Shown here: one piece after another, positions 25,034 through 33,600 of the stretch
How the letters are laid out: every line of letters starts with the position of its first letter
How positions within the stretch are numbered: the first letter of the stretch is position 1
DNA from: Candidatus Limnocylindria bacterium
Lineage (GTDB): Bacteria; Patescibacteriota; Saccharimonadia; Saccharimonadales; JAGQNK01
Assembly (NCBI GenBank): GCA_035489815.1
Contig: DATHJH010000032.1
Coordinates: 32,301 to 96,300 of the forward strand
Direction of reading: 5' to 3'
Length of the DNA: 64,000 nt
Position numbers and translations under genes: made by a program
Notes under the pieces: model-generated
Told to the model about the DNA's origin: nothing
The model's database searches: none
What the model saw: only the letters and a program-made list of their open reading frames with translations

Positions 25034-25549
25034 ATGAAAAGAAGCAGGAGCACCAAAGATTTACCAAACTCAGCCCTGGCCTATGTACTGGAGGCCTTGA
25101 TCCCTTACTCTGATGCGAACGTAAAGCTAGCTTTCAAGCCGCACCTATTCTTTAACGACCTTGAGAACATTGCCCGGCAAAAGCAAAGCCTCAGCTACCG
25201 TCGTCAAACTTTACGGAATGCTTTTTACCACGCCAAGCGTAGTGGATTTATTGAGTTTAGTAAGTCTGGTGGCCCACGCCTTACGCGCAAAGGGGAAGCG
25301 TACTTAAAGCCCTATGAGCCAAGCAAGCTTGGCGACTCCGCACGACTCATGGTTATATTTGATATCCCGGAAGAACAGCGAGCCAAGCGTCGCTACCTAA
25401 GGCTCATACTTAGACAGTTAAAATTCAAAATGGTTCAGCAAAGTGTTTGGATAAGTAAGTACGATTGCAAAACGATTCTTCATGATGAGATCGAAGCGTA
25501 TGAGCTGCAGGCTTATGTTCAAATATACGAGTGCGTTCGATTATTATAA
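25034..25549 (+). CDS. PaaX-like / Cas2-fold domain DNA-binding protein
   Basis: 171 aa. The C-terminal RLMVIFDIPEEQRAKRRYLRLILRQLKFKMVQQSVWISKYD matches the ferredoxin-like Cas2/PaaX-middle-domain pattern. The N-terminal half is wHTH-like. Confidence 0.6.
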   Translation: MKRSRSTKDLPNSALAYVLEALIPYSDANVKLAFKPHLFFNDLENIARQKQSLSYRRQTLRNAFYHAKRSGFIEFSKSGGPRLTRKGEAYLKPYEPSKLGDSARLMVIFDIPEEQRAKRRYLRLILRQLKFKMVQQSVWISKYDCKTILHDEIEAYELQAYVQIYECVRLL

Positions 25550-25598
25550 CTGTACTCTAAAAATGTCCGGCCGGACATTTTTAGAGTACAGTTATAAG
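25545..25598. terminator. perfect 54-bp palindrome; candidate bidirectional intrinsic terminator and/or operator
   Basis: 27/27 perfect arms centred on GTCCGG|CCGGAC, flanked by A5/T5 runs. It contains the stop codon of the ORF at 25034-25549 and lies between convergent genes. Confidence 0.7.
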
Positions 25599-25630
25599 AG
25601 ATGACAGCCCTGTCTAAGAGGATCTTGGGG

Positions 25631-26548
25631 CTAGAGGCGCTTGCGGACTTGGCGGGCGAGGGCGTGGACTTTTGGGTTGCTTTTGATCAGCTTTTTAATA
25701 ACAGACCTGGCATCTAGTGATGGGCGGATGCCAGCTTCTTGTTCCAGGACTTGCTCGCGGGGGATTGCTGCGGCCATGTAGTCGCGGACGGACTGCCGGT
25801 ACTTGGGGTAGCGTTCCCACAGAATCTTATTATTTGCCTCCAACAGCTTGGACTTGACCTCTGGCGTAAAGCTGCGGGCCTCCAGGTGGAAGACATAGGC
25901 ACGGTTGGCCAGCACGCTTTTGTAGCCGTGTTTGGCGATCCGCATGCAAAAGTCCACTTCCTCGCCATACCCCTTGCCAAAAGCCTTATCAAACAAGCCG
26001 TACTGTTTTATTAATTTGCGGCGGATGAGCATGCAAAAGCCGTGGGCTACCGGCACTACCTGGTAGCGCGGCAAAAGCGGCTTGATCTTTTGGTACAGCT
26101 GGTAGGACTTGGGCGCAGCAACCCCCTTCTGGACCGCCGCAGACAGGGGAATGGTAGCAATCGTGGCATTGTTAGAACGCGGCGAAACTGCTCCGTGCCT
26201 GGGAGTGGCATACAGCACCGCCAACATTTCGTCCAAAAACCCGGCCGTGACCTTTGTGTCGCTATTGAGCAGCAGAATGTCGTTATTCGTTTTTTCAAGC
26301 GTAAGAACCGCATGATTACAATTGCCGACAAAGCCGAGGTTCTTTTTGTTCCGGTGGTAGGTAAAACCCGGCACATCCTTGATTGCCGCCTGAATATTAC
26401 GCTCTATCAGCTCCGCCTCCGGCCCGCAGTCATTGACCAGCATAACCGGGTGCAGCGTCGTGTCCACATGTTCTTTCAACGAACTTATGCATTCGCTCAA
26501 GGACGGCCAATCGCCGTAAACCGGGATAATGATCGTGACGGTATTCAT
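25631..26548 (-). CDS. GT2 family glycosyltransferase
   Basis: 305 aa. VTIIIPVYGDWPSL, LVNDCGPE, LLNSDT (DxD-like). Confidence 0.8.
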   Translation of the reverse strand: MNTVTIIIPVYGDWPSLSECISSLKEHVDTTLHPVMLVNDCGPEAELIERNIQAAIKDVPGFTYHRNKKNLGFVGNCNHAVLTLEKTNNDILLLNSDTKVTAGFLDEMLAVLYATPRHGAVSPRSNNATIATIPLSAAVQKGVAAPKSYQLYQKIKPLLPRYQVVPVAHGFCMLIRRKLIKQYGLFDKAFGKGYGEEVDFCMRIAKHGYKSVLANRAYVFHLEARSFTPEVKSKLLEANNKILWERYPKYRQSVRDYMAAAIPREQVLEQEAGIRPSLDARSVIKKLIKSNPKVHALARQVRKRL

Positions 26549-27909
26549 CCCTTCATCCTCCGGTACTTGGCCTTCAGGTTACTGCCAACGTGACGCACCC
26601 TGGCTTTGGCCTGGCGGGCCAGTAGCTTTTTGGCTGATACAGCCCCTAGGTTTTTGATATACTCATCTGCCACCTGCGGATAACTAAGCCAGGCATGGGA
26701 AAAGTGAAAGGGACGAGGCAATTCGTTGCGATTCATCCCCATGACCTTTTCTACCTTTTTGTAGAGTGAGGCAACTGTGTGTTTGCCGTTCATCATGGAC
26801 TTGGCATGAGTTATAGAATTCTGACCATGCTTTGCTACCAGTGACCGGTCTTTGGCGTAGTGCATGAGGGCGGCTACCAGGCTGGCAGTATCCCGATACT
26901 TGTACAGGTAGCCGTTTGAACCGTCCTTGACCATTTCCGGCGTCCCGCCGGCACCTACTCCCACAACCGGCTTGCCCAGCACCATGTACTCAAACGTCAC
27001 CCGTCCAAAAGCCTCCATGCGCGAGGACATAATGCCTACGTCAGCATGCGCCGCCAATGCCAGGGGATTTTTTTGAAAACCTGCAAAGTGGACCTTGTCC
27101 GCTATCTTGTACTTTTTCATGAGTTCATGCAGCGTGTTAATAAAAGCTGGATCACCCCGGCCAATAACGCAGAACTCTGTGTCGTAGCCTTTTTGGTTCA
27201 GCTCCCCCACCGCCTGGATCACCTCCTGGTGACCCTTGGACTCGGCTATGCCGCCGATGATAACCAGTTTGAGGCTGTCTTTACTTTTGAAGGGGGTAGG
27301 TACCGATTGAGCGGCTGCAGCCTGCATAGCATCTGTGTCAAAAGGATGGTAGAGCGTCGTTACTTTATCTGCCGGCACATACTGACTGACGTGCGTGGCC
27401 AGCGTCTCAGAATTCGTAATAACCAGTTGCGACAGCAGGTCCACGTCCTGGAAAGTCTGTTCCCGGCCCAGTTCAAACACCCGGCCGTGATCCAGGTCCC
27501 CGTATTCGCGGATGAACCAGACGTGCGGCACCCGCTGATAATAGGCAGCAAGGGCAGCCCAGGGACAAACCACAGAATTGGTCAGGACCACATCCGGCTT
27601 GGCAGCCTGAATGATCTTTTCTATTTCCAGTACCGCCTGAGTATTCTGACTGGCAGCTTTGTGCTTTTGCTCGGCAGCCTGTGGTGGCGTCCCCTCTGAC
27701 CAGAAGGTGTACGGCAGGGCATGGTACCTCCATCCGCGCTTCTCCAGCGCCGGGCCCAGAGACCCGACTGGTTTACGGATTATAAACTCCGGCTGGACGC
27801 CGTGGTCCCGGGCCCAAATGTCCATCACTTCCAGCATAGACATCTCTGCCCCGCCAGCCAGTTCCGATATGTGGGATAGAACCAATAGTTTGGGCTTGGT
27901 TTTATTCAT
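26545..27909 (-). CDS. GT4 (GT-B) glycosyltransferase
   Basis: 454 aa. EAFGRVTFEYMVLGKPVVGV E-x7-E-type motif. 4-nt overlap with the downstream GT2. Confidence 0.8.
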   Translation of the reverse strand: MNKTKPKLLVLSHISELAGGAEMSMLEVMDIWARDHGVQPEFIIRKPVGSLGPALEKRGWRYHALPYTFWSEGTPPQAAEQKHKAASQNTQAVLEIEKIIQAAKPDVVLTNSVVCPWAALAAYYQRVPHVWFIREYGDLDHGRVFELGREQTFQDVDLLSQLVITNSETLATHVSQYVPADKVTTLYHPFDTDAMQAAAAQSVPTPFKSKDSLKLVIIGGIAESKGHQEVIQAVGELNQKGYDTEFCVIGRGDPAFINTLHELMKKYKIADKVHFAGFQKNPLALAAHADVGIMSSRMEAFGRVTFEYMVLGKPVVGVGAGGTPEMVKDGSNGYLYKYRDTASLVAALMHYAKDRSLVAKHGQNSITHAKSMMNGKHTVASLYKKVEKVMGMNRNELPRPFHFSHAWLSYPQVADEYIKNLGAVSAKKLLARQAKARVRHVGSNLKAKYRRMKG

Positions 27910-27926
27910 AAGTTTTCTAACAGTAG

Positions 27927-28586
27927 CTATTTTTCCAGAGAAACAACTATCTCAAACCTACTATACACCGGCCGATCAAAAGTCACCTTTTTCTTGGGAC
28001 CCAGGGACTTGTTGTAAAAGATGGTGTTGTGCGGGGCGTCCAGGGGCAAGATGTGCTTATCACTACTGTCGGCTATCGGCAGTTTGGGTTCGATGGTGTA
28101 GTGCCGCAGCCCCAGTTGCTTAAACATTTCCTTGAACTCATCCAGGGTTATGGGCGAGTTGTGGTCGTAGCCGTCTGTCCAGTCAATCTTCAGGCCCAGC
28201 CCCTTCAGATAGTCTATATCCTCAAACGACGGATGGTGAATGAAAAAGAACTCCCGCGACCATTTTTTGCACCGTTCCAGCACCTGCATAACCGTTTCCT
28301 GATCTGGCAGGTGTTCCAGGAAGTCCATCATCGCCACGTAGCGGAAGCTATTTTCCGGGTAGTCCAGGGTCAGTACATCGGCACAAATGGCGTCATACCC
28401 CGCCTTAGTGGCTTCATCAATCCACTCCTGCTTCATGTCCACGCCCAGGCCCCGCCCGCCGTACTTGCGATGGCTCCAGCCAATGGAACTGCCTTTTTTG
28501 CAGCCCAAGTCTAAAAAGTCGTAGTCTGGTTTTTTAGCTTTTTGTTTAAAGAATTTCCTAAGCGGCACAATCCCCGGATTATACAC
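27927..28586 (-). CDS. class I SAM-dependent methyltransferase
   Basis: 219 aa. FLDLGCKKGSS motif I, MMDFLEHL. Confidence 0.6.
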   Translation of the reverse strand: MYNPGIVPLRKFFKQKAKKPDYDFLDLGCKKGSSIGWSHRKYGGRGLGVDMKQEWIDEATKAGYDAICADVLTLDYPENSFRYVAMMDFLEHLPDQETVMQVLERCKKWSREFFFIHHPSFEDIDYLKGLGLKIDWTDGYDHNSPITLDEFKEMFKQLGLRHYTIEPKLPIADSSDKHILPLDAPHNTIFYNKSLGPKKKVTFDRPVYSRFEIVVSLEK

Positions 28587-28707
28587 TGCCGGAAGAGTGA
28601 CTGCAAAAGATAGAGCTTTACCTCGTGTCAGTCATGTATTGTAGAGATCTACGAGTAGTCAACAGACTATTGCTAATCTTCTAAAATCGCTTATACTAGA
28701 AATTAGC

Positions 28708-29538
28708 ATGAAGAAATCAATCACTAAAATAGTCGTTCAGGACACAAACATTGCGCTGCAAGTAGTAGATGGCGAAGATTATATCTGCCTGACTGACATG
28801 GCCAAAAGTATGGGCGGCCCTGCCCTTGTGGAAAAGTGGTTCCGGAATAAAAACACTCTGGAATTCTTAGGCACATGGGAGATTATCCACAACCCTCATT
28901 TTAAAACCCCCGAATTCGGGGGAATTAGAAGTCAAGCCGGTAGTCATAGATTTCTCCTATCAGCGAAACAATGGATTGAAACAACCGCCGCTATAGGCGT
29001 GAGAGCGCAAGCAGGTCGCTACGGAGGCACATACGCCCACAAAGATATCGCTTTTGAATTTGGATCTTGGCTGAGCCCTGAATTCAAGCTTTATCTGATA
29101 AAGGAATTCCAACGGCTCAAGGAAGCAGAGGCGGAACAGGAGCAGTGGAACTACCAACGCTTTCTAACAAAAGTAAACTGGCGGCTACAAACCAGTGCAG
29201 TACAACAAACACTTATACCGATATCATCCTTGCCGATAGGAAAACATGGCATTATTTATGCTAGCGAAGCAGAGTTGTTGAACCTAGCATTATTCGGGCA
29301 AACGTCTAAGGAGTGGAGGAAGCAAAATCCCGCCCTCGTCAAATCCGGCAATATACGGGATCAGGCTAGTATTGATCAGCTCACGGTTTTATCTAATCTT
29401 GAAAGTATCAATTCAATGCTAATTAGCCAAGGTATGGATAAGGCCGAGCGGTTTGAGAAGTTGCGTATGGAGGCAGTAAGGCAGCTCCAAGCAATCGTAG
29501 GCGCCAATCTGAAGCTTATGCCTAGCGATGACAAGTAG
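28708..29538 (+). CDS. KilA-N domain-containing protein
   Basis: 276 aa. The pattern YICLTDMAK...WFRNKNTLEFLGTWE...GGTYAHKDIAFEFGSWLSPEFKLYLIKEF is typical of KilA-N DNA-binding proteins. It is a low-GC single-gene islet on the opposite strand to its neighbours. Confidence 0.8.
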   Translation: MKKSITKIVVQDTNIALQVVDGEDYICLTDMAKSMGGPALVEKWFRNKNTLEFLGTWEIIHNPHFKTPEFGGIRSQAGSHRFLLSAKQWIETTAAIGVRAQAGRYGGTYAHKDIAFEFGSWLSPEFKLYLIKEFQRLKEAEAEQEQWNYQRFLTKVNWRLQTSAVQQTLIPISSLPIGKHGIIYASEAELLNLALFGQTSKEWRKQNPALVKSGNIRDQASIDQLTVLSNLESINSMLISQGMDKAERFEKLRMEAVRQLQAIVGANLKLMPSDDK

Positions 29539-29569
29539 ATCAAAGCCTAGCCTGCCTAAATGTCTAAAA

Positions 29570-30784
29570 CTAAGTAACGGTTACTTGAATCTTGGGGCGG
29601 GTGAGGGTTTGGACGTGGGCGGAGACGCCTTTGATGATGAATTCGTGGATGTTGTCGCGGCGCAGCAACAGATGGGGATTGAGCGGCGAATCATCGGCTA
29701 CACCCAGATTAATGGTATACACACCGTTGGCAAAAATGTTTTGGATTTTGAACCGCGCGGTCATTTCTTTGTCAGCCTCCAACCGGTATTGGCCTGCCCA
29801 TAGTGCGGTGTCAGCCGAAATAAGCATTAGTTTGTCATGATTCTTTACGTTTATGCCAATGTTGACGTGATCTATGGCGATCTTACTTTTGACCGTGACC
29901 TCTATTTCAAAATCCTCGTCTGCTTCAATGGCTCCCTGGGCCTTGCCGCCCTGGATGACGCGCGCTTTGACCAATTCCACGGTCTCGGTGCCGTCGGCTT
30001 CCTCGCCCCGCTGCTGGCTCAGCCGGTCGGCTTCCTCGCGCAGGAACATTTCCTCGTACCGGCCGGCTATTTTGGTGCTGGTACCGATCTCTTTTATCTC
30101 ACCATATTCCAGTAGCAGAGCCCTGTCGCAAAAACGTTCTATCATGGCCATGGCATGGGACACCAGGATGATGGTCCGGTTTTCATTTTTGAGCGAGGCA
30201 AAATAGTCAAAACACTTTTGTTGAAAGGCAGAGTCGCCCACGGCCAGCACTTCGTCCAGCAGCAGTATGTCTGACTTGGCCCGGATGGCGATGGAAAAGG
30301 CCAGGCGCACCTGCATGCCGCTGGAATAGTTCTTCAGCTTTTGGTCCATGAATTTTTCCAGTTCTGCAAACTCTACAATGTCATGGTACATGGCTTCCGT
30401 CTGCTTCCGGCTAAAGCCCAGGAGGGCAGCGTTCAGAAAGACATTGTCCCGGCCGCTTAGTTCCGGGTTAAAGCCCACGCCCAGTTCTATAAAAGGCACC
30501 AGGCTGCCGTATATTTTGATCTTGCCTTTGTCCGGGGTATAGACGCCGGCCATGCACTTCAAAAGGGTGCTTTTGCCGCTGCCGTTGCGGCCGACGATGC
30601 CAAAGAACTCGCCTTTTTTGACTTCAAAGGAAACGTTCTTTAGACTCTGCTGCAGTTCATAGCTTTTGCTGCGGAAACTGCTGAGGAAAACGCCTTTGAG
30701 GGACGACTGTTTTTCATGGGGCAGCTTGAATGCCTTGCTGACGTTTTCTACCCTAATAGCTATGTCTTGGGTGCTGTCCGGCAT
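29570..30784 (-). CDS. polysaccharide/teichoic-acid ABC exporter ATP-binding protein with C-terminal extension (Wzt/TagH-like)
   Basis: 404 aa. Walker A GRNGSGKST, signature YSSGMQVRLAFS, Walker B ILLLDEVLAVGD, plus an extra ~150-aa beta-rich C-domain. Confidence 0.9.
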   Translation of the reverse strand: MPDSTQDIAIRVENVSKAFKLPHEKQSSLKGVFLSSFRSKSYELQQSLKNVSFEVKKGEFFGIVGRNGSGKSTLLKCMAGVYTPDKGKIKIYGSLVPFIELGVGFNPELSGRDNVFLNAALLGFSRKQTEAMYHDIVEFAELEKFMDQKLKNYSSGMQVRLAFSIAIRAKSDILLLDEVLAVGDSAFQQKCFDYFASLKNENRTIILVSHAMAMIERFCDRALLLEYGEIKEIGTSTKIAGRYEEMFLREEADRLSQQRGEEADGTETVELVKARVIQGGKAQGAIEADEDFEIEVTVKSKIAIDHVNIGINVKNHDKLMLISADTALWAGQYRLEADKEMTARFKIQNIFANGVYTINLGVADDSPLNPHLLLRRDNIHEFIIKGVSAHVQTLTRPKIQVTVT

Positions 30785-30786
30785 GC

Positions 30787-31611
30787 TCAGATCTCCTCCG
30801 CAAAATACTTAGAGCGCTTGCGAAAATACGCAGAACTTATGAGCAGAGCGATAACTACCAGGGTAAATGGTATCAGGCGAGCCATTGGGTTATGGAATAC
30901 GTCGCCAGTCTGCAAATTGCTGTCGTGGGTTATGACTGCCCGGGAGTCCTGGATTATTTGCGCCAGGGGGTTAGAGATAATGAGCTTTTGCAGAGGTGAA
31001 GAGTCTATGAGGCTTAGGGGGTAAAGGATGGGTATGGTGTAGAACATAGCTTGCTTGAGGATGTCCCATATATGCTCAATGTCGCGGTAGCGTACATACA
31101 GGGCTGACAGGAAGAAGCCTGTTGATACTGACACTACGACCAGCTCGACCAGCAGGAGCGGGAATATAATGACGGTCAGCCAGGACAACGCAGTATCATG
31201 AGCAAACAACACAAAGATAAAGACTACGACGAGGTTTAAGGACATGTTGATGAATGCCGAGGATATGGCGGCCACGGGGATGAGGTAGCGGGGTATGTTT
31301 ATTTTGCGGATGAGGCTGCCTTTGTCGACAATCGAGGAAAGGGCGTTGGATGTTGCCTCTGTGAAAAAGTTCCATAGTACGATACCCAGCAGTAGTGATA
31401 TGGGGTAGTTGGGTACTCCTCTGCCAATATGCAAGAACCTGGTAAATACCGTGTAGAGGATGGCAAACAACATGAGCGGCTTCAGCAGCGACCACAAATA
31501 GCCCAGGACGGAACCTTGGTACCTAAGTTTGAAGTCTGTTCGGATCATCTCCAGCAGCAGGCTTTTGTAGGTTTTCTGGAAGGCTTTTACTGTTCTTGTG
31601 AGCTTCATCAA
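30787..31611 (-). CDS. ABC-2 type polysaccharide exporter permease (Wzm/TagG-like)
   Basis: 274 aa, 6 TM helices, immediately upstream of the ATPase. Confidence 0.85.
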   Translation of the reverse strand: MMKLTRTVKAFQKTYKSLLLEMIRTDFKLRYQGSVLGYLWSLLKPLMLFAILYTVFTRFLHIGRGVPNYPISLLLGIVLWNFFTEATSNALSSIVDKGSLIRKINIPRYLIPVAAISSAFINMSLNLVVVFIFVLFAHDTALSWLTVIIFPLLLVELVVVSVSTGFFLSALYVRYRDIEHIWDILKQAMFYTIPILYPLSLIDSSPLQKLIISNPLAQIIQDSRAVITHDSNLQTGDVFHNPMARLIPFTLVVIALLISSAYFRKRSKYFAEEI

Positions 31612-31681
31612 GTAGAATAATTATATATGATAGTTCGTCGGGTAGTATACCCGCATTGTCTTATTATCACGAGATGCCTTG

Positions 31682-31782
31682 GCCGGCACCGACCACTCGC
31701 CCCCCTAGGGCGCTTTTACGAATTGCCTAACGGCGATTCGAGGCGCTTGCTGACCCTAGGGGGCCAAGCAGTCGGTGCCGGC
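31682..31782 (-). repeat. family-1 nested hairpin element, copy I (subtype 1a, core on minus strand)
   Basis: 26-nt arms at 31682-31707 and 31757-31782 with 22 WC pairs. The minus-strand core is GGGTCAGCAAGCGCCTCGAATCGCCGTTAGGCAATTCGTAAAAGCGCCC. Confidence 0.9.
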
Positions 31783-31796
31783 TGGCCCGTGGAGTT

Positions 31797-31960
31797 AGAA
31801 CCTGCTCATGATCTCGCTCCTGATGCCAAAACTGATCCATTTCGAGTGGCAATTCGTTCTAGTTTTCCTGCTGTACCCATAGGTACGGCAGGGGGATTAG
31901 GGCGGATTGACGCCGGAATGGGCGGCTTTGGGACAGGATTTGAGATCATGAACAGGTTCT
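31797..31960. repeat. 164-nt nested hairpin element (J)
   Basis: 19-nt arms at 31797-31815 and 31942-31960 with 18/19 paired. An inner 11-bp stem lies at 31867-31877 and 31883-31893. Confidence 0.8.
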
Positions 31961-31976
31961 CAGAAAGGCCCTGCTC

Positions 31977-33587
31977 GTGAAGCCGTTTCACAAAGATCCA
32001 TCCAAAGACATTGAGGCCGCCGAAGAGGCCATGACTGGGAAGGATTGGCCTGCTGCAATTGAACGGTGGGGAAGGATTTTGCAGACTTATAAACGCAAGA
32101 CTCCGGCTGGGGTATATGTCCGGCTGTCTATTGCCTACCGCAGACAGACCAAGTACCCAGAGGCTGAGGAAGTCCTGGCTCATGGCTTGAAGAAACACAC
32201 AGATTATATGCCTTTGTACATTGAGTACGCCGAGGTTGCCACAGAACAGAAGGATTGGGTGGAAGCTGCCCGACGGTGGCAGGTGGTACTGGATACCTTT
32301 CCAGAAACAACCCCTGTAGATGTCTGGATTAAGCTGGTACGGGCCTACCGGTTCCAGAATGACCTGGACCACGCTGAAAAGTTTGTTACCCGGGGCTTAG
32401 ACATCTACACCAATGACGCCGGGCTGTGTACGGAAGCCGCGTATATTGCCGCTGCTCAGGAGGATTGGCCAAAGGCCCTGGCCTCCTGGCAGACCATCAT
32501 AAGCGGGCAAAAGGACCTGGCGCCGGCAGAGGCCTGGGCAGGGCTGGGAAAAGCGCAGCGCAGGACTGGAGATAGCCTGCAGGCCGAAACTACTATCAAA
32601 AAAGGCCTTCAAAAACACCCTGATCACCTGGGCCTCAACCTTGAATATGCAGAACTCGCCAACGATCAACAAGACTGGGCAGAAGCCCTGAAGCGGTGGC
32701 AGGCGGTACTGGACAAGTTTGGCGACTCGCCGTCCATGACTATCTACCTTAGCCAGACTACACGGTTCACTCTAAGTATTCTCAAGAGACTGCAAGATAT
32801 TGCAGCCTATAAAAAGGGCCTTAGCAGATATGCCAGCAAAAAGGGCCGCCGAAAGATTGCTATTGTCACGGCCGTGAGCGCAGGCTACGACAGCCTGAAG
32901 CCGCACGAGGTGATTGACGACAGGTTTGATTACATCGCCTACACAGACGCAAAGCTGGATGACATCGGCCTCTACGATATCCGGCCATTGCCCCAGACCT
33001 GGCCCGACGCCGGGCCGCTCTCCAATAAACCACTGGATAATCCGCGTGCTATTCGGATAATTAAAACCCATCCCCACGTCCTCTTTGACCAGTACGATCT
33101 GGTGGTCTGGCTGGATACCTCCGTTATGATTGTGGGCGATATCTATCCTGCCTTAGAAAAGTTTATGGAGTCCGGCCGGGCCATCGGTGCCGGTGTGCAC
33201 CCAGAGCGCAGCTCTATTTTTGAGGAACTGGAAGCCTGCATAGCTATGAAAAAAGACGATCCGGCGGACCTCAAACGCCAGCTGGCCTACTACAAAAAGA
33301 TCGGGTTCGAGGACACCGGACTGGCGGAGTGCGGGTTCCTGGCCTTTAATCTGCGGGACAAGCGGGACCAGGTAGCCGCTGCTATGGACACCTGGTGGGA
33401 TCAGATTTGCCGCTTTAGCCGGCGGGACCAGCTGAGTTTTCCGTATGCGCTGGCGTCAAACAAAGTGGTGTGGCACCCGCTTACCAAGCCCCCGCAGGAT
33501 ATCCGCCATCACCCGGACTTTGTGATCACCCCGCACCAGTACGAACCGGCCATTCTGGCAGAATTTGAAAGTCTATTACAGAAATAA
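31977..33587 (+). CDS. TPR-repeat protein fused to a glycosyltransferase-like (DUF616-type) C-terminal domain
   Basis: 536 aa, GTG start. The N-terminal half has about 7 TPR-like units (W..A...W). The C-terminal half reads IAIVTAVSAGYDSL...WLDTSVMI...SRRDQLSFPYAL. Confidence 0.6.
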   Translation: MKPFHKDPSKDIEAAEEAMTGKDWPAAIERWGRILQTYKRKTPAGVYVRLSIAYRRQTKYPEAEEVLAHGLKKHTDYMPLYIEYAEVATEQKDWVEAARRWQVVLDTFPETTPVDVWIKLVRAYRFQNDLDHAEKFVTRGLDIYTNDAGLCTEAAYIAAAQEDWPKALASWQTIISGQKDLAPAEAWAGLGKAQRRTGDSLQAETTIKKGLQKHPDHLGLNLEYAELANDQQDWAEALKRWQAVLDKFGDSPSMTIYLSQTTRFTLSILKRLQDIAAYKKGLSRYASKKGRRKIAIVTAVSAGYDSLKPHEVIDDRFDYIAYTDAKLDDIGLYDIRPLPQTWPDAGPLSNKPLDNPRAIRIIKTHPHVLFDQYDLVVWLDTSVMIVGDIYPALEKFMESGRAIGAGVHPERSSIFEELEACIAMKKDDPADLKRQLAYYKKIGFEDTGLAECGFLAFNLRDKRDQVAAAMDTWWDQICRFSRRDQLSFPYALASNKVVWHPLTKPPQDIRHHPDFVITPHQYEPAILAEFESLLQK

Positions 33588-33600
33588 AAGGGATTTACTT

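Noticed and set aside
25034-25549. Cas2-like signature as evidence for a CRISPR-Cas locus.
   Set aside because: There is no repeat-spacer array, cas1 or effector gene in the window. The domain architecture (wHTH plus Cas2-fold) fits PaaX-type regulators better.
28708-29538. KilA-N gene as evidence for a prophage.
   Set aside because: It is a single gene. No integrase, capsid, tail or terminase genes, and no att-like repeats, are visible nearby.
31627-32372. ORFs 31627-31980 (plus strand) and 31806-32372 (minus strand).
   Set aside because: They are made largely of the two hairpin elements and the antisense of the TPR gene. They have no supporting motifs.
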